A stretch of 64,000 bases of DNA from NCBI GenBank assembly GCA_965215335.1, contig CBDCDA010000001.1, forward strand, positions 448,001 through 512,000. Reading direction: 5' to 3'. This document shows, one piece after another, positions 62,098-64,000 of the stretch. Numbering within the stretch: position 1 is the stretch's first letter; each line of letters opens with the position of its first letter. The notes under the pieces are model-generated. The model searched no databases and was not told the origin of the DNA. It saw nothing but the letters and a program-made list of their open reading frames with translations. The position numbers and the translations under genes are program-made. This stretch comes from an uncultured Candidatus Entotheonella sp. GTDB lineage: Bacteria; Tectomicrobia; Entotheonellia; Entotheonellales; Entotheonellaceae.

Positions 62098-63047
62098 CAG
62101 AACTTCTCCAACAGCTCATCAACAATTTTCGGATACTCTTGTTTTCCCCTGGCGCGTTTGGCGTTCGCCGAGTCGTGTAGCCACACCGGCAGACTGTTTT
62201 CCGCGGCTTCGGTATATCCGATCAACTCGGTTGTGTACGTCCCGAAACAACTGTCCGGACCCAAGGGAGGATCGGATGATTGTATCTCTTCCATCTTGTT
62301 TGCATGTGCGTTCGTTAGCATGGAACCTCCGATTCGCACGCGGACGAAAAGAATTGCACCGAACTCGGCCAGACGACCTCGGTCTGTATTTTCACCGGCA
62401 AGGGTAGCTGCGGACTTGGCCAACTCGTCAATCTTCTGAACTTTGTTTATCAGGATGTTTAAGCCAATGGTAGAAAGATGGTCTGGTATCGCAGTCACAA
62501 TGTAGTGGTCACTCGCAACCAGAGCGTTCTGGGTCATTAGATAGAGGTTTGGCGGGCAGTCTATAAAAACGTAGTCATATCTGTGCCGGACTTCATCGAT
62601 GGCTTTGGACAAAAAATCTCTGTCACGCATAAACTGCTTTGCATTTCTCTTCAACATTTCCATGCTTGGATATGCCCCAGCGATTTGTCCACCGCCAATG
62701 TCCTCACCAATCAGGTCTATATCACATGGCACCAAATCAAGCCTGGGATGAAAGTCACCGCCCCTTAAACGAATGGGAGTTTTCCAGATATATTTCTTGG
62801 TGTCTATGGATTTTTTGTCCAGGTATCTCTTGTACATTGTAGCAATTGTACCGACTCTCGATTTGCGCCTTTCCCAATCCTCGATGGAGGCACACAAAAA
62901 TGTCAGATTTGTCTGCGGATCAATGTCAATCAGTAGGACATTCTTGTTCTTTGCCCAAGACAGCCAGCATCCAATATGGTAAGCCGATGTCGTCTTTGCG
63001 ACGCCACCCTTGTAGTTTATGAATGCGAGAACCCTTGCTTCCGCCAT
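62097..63047 (-). CDS. ParA/Soj-family ATPase (orphan)
   Basis: NYKGGVAKTT deviant Walker A, IDIDPQTNLT, DCPPNL, NALVASD; GGAGGAG RBS. Confidence 0.9.
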   Translation of the reverse strand: MAEARVLAFINYKGGVAKTTSAYHIGCWLSWAKNKNVLLIDIDPQTNLTFLCASIEDWERRKSRVGTIATMYKRYLDKKSIDTKKYIWKTPIRLRGGDFHPRLDLVPCDIDLIGEDIGGGQIAGAYPSMEMLKRNAKQFMRDRDFLSKAIDEVRHRYDYVFIDCPPNLYLMTQNALVASDHYIVTAIPDHLSTIGLNILINKVQKIDELAKSAATLAGENTDRGRLAEFGAILFVRVRIGGSMLTNAHANKMEEIQSSDPPLGPDSCFGTYTTELIGYTEAAENSLPVWLHDSANAKRARGKQEYPKIVDELLEKF

Positions 63048-63121
63048 CGGAATTCTCCTCCGTGTCTTGATCGAATATAAAGAGATCAGTTTTTATCTAC
63101 ACGGCTCCTGGGCATGCTCCC

Positions 63122-63955
63122 TTAGTGCTGCGGATGGATCGACATGCCCATGAACAGGGAGGTGAGCAGGGTGAAAATATAGGCTTGCAGGAAGGCGATG
63201 AACACTTCCAGCAGGTTGATGAACAGGGCAAAGCCGACGGCGATGGGGGAGATCAGAAAGCTCTCGAAGATGAAGATCATGCTGATGAAGGAGAGGATGA
63301 CGATGTGTCCTGCCGTCATGTTGGCATAGAGACGGACGCACAGGGCGAAGGGCTTGGTGAACTGGCCGAGAATCTCGACCGGGATCATGATGGGCAGGAG
63401 CCACACGGGCAGACCGTGCGGCACCAGATTCTGCAGGTGGTGCTTGAGGCCGTGCTCTTTAACGCCGCCTAGCTGAATCATGGTCAGCGCGATGAGCGCG
63501 AGGGCCGCGGTGACGGTGATGTTGCCGGTGGCGGTGGCGCCGTAGGGAATGAGCCCCAACAGATTGCAGAACAGAATGAAGAAGAAGGTCGTCAGCAGGA
63601 ACGGCAGATAACGCCGACCCGCCTCGCCCGTATTCGGCAGGATGACCTCGTCCCTCAGGAAGACGACGAGCGCTTCGAGCAGGTTGGCGATACCGCTGGG
63701 CACCGCAGCCTGGCGGCGGAAGGCGAGCCGGAGGATAACGACCAGCAGGAGCGAGGCAATCCACATCATGACGAGATGCTTGGTAATCGAGAAATCGATC
63801 CCGAGAAGATGGATTTCCGGCAAGTTCACGTGCCCCAACGGCCACAGGTCGAACACGTGCGTGTCCTGCACATGATGCAGGATCGTTTCGCCGATGCTGT
63901 GTTCCTCACCGTGGCCGCCCCCTTCGGTCGCGGCATAAGCAATCCCCATCGTCAT
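63122..63955 (-). CDS. atpB: F0F1 ATP synthase subunit a
   Basis: NLLGLIP, ATGNI, KPFALCVRLYANM.AGH, LQAYIFTLL. Confidence 0.96.
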   Translation of the reverse strand: MTMGIAYAATEGGGHGEEHSIGETILHHVQDTHVFDLWPLGHVNLPEIHLLGIDFSITKHLVMMWIASLLLVVILRLAFRRQAAVPSGIANLLEALVVFLRDEVILPNTGEAGRRYLPFLLTTFFFILFCNLLGLIPYGATATGNITVTAALALIALTMIQLGGVKEHGLKHHLQNLVPHGLPVWLLPIMIPVEILGQFTKPFALCVRLYANMTAGHIVILSFISMIFIFESFLISPIAVGFALFINLLEVFIAFLQAYIFTLLTSLFMGMSIHPQH

Positions 63956-64000
63956 ATCTCCTCAGGCGTGCTGTGTCGTGATCCTTTGACGACGAAGTAC

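Overview
A high-GC bacterial chromosomal window in which intact housekeeping genes alternate with eroded accessory and defence patches. The F420, LLM oxidoreductase, CoA-transferase and LysW gene content resembles Tectomicrobia/deltaproteobacteria-like or sponge-symbiont genomes; this is inference only. Core blocks: acyl-CoA dehydrogenase; serC-trmB-DHS-like-GT2-SDR-ThDP enzyme; tRNA-Arg(TCT); cofD-cofC-cofE-npdG; hpf; SDR; fused CoA-transferase; clpS-clpA; lysW-X-Y-Z-J plus asnS; FAD/Fe-S oxidoreductase; pspA; thrS; atpB. Accessory patches: (i) a broken GmrSD gene; (ii) an island of about 15 kb downstream of the tRNA with a Type ISP RM enzyme, an ApeA-like HEPN gene, TA remnants, a MITE and two copies of a cassette encoding secreted 15-aa-repeat proteins with conserved ends and variable middles; (iii) a defence island with an AAA+TOPRIM-like pair, a type II RM pair and a decayed type I RM gene carrying an ISAzo13; (iv) stacked TA fragments inside the lys operon; (v) a ParA-like gene plus partner behind atpB. 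The most striking pattern occurs twice (atpB and the Type ISP gene): an integrase-free cargo of about 2 kb lies between a gene's present 3' end and a second, slightly diverged copy of about 78 bp of that same 3' coding region, with mostly synonymous differences. No CRISPR array, rRNA or reverse transcriptase was seen.
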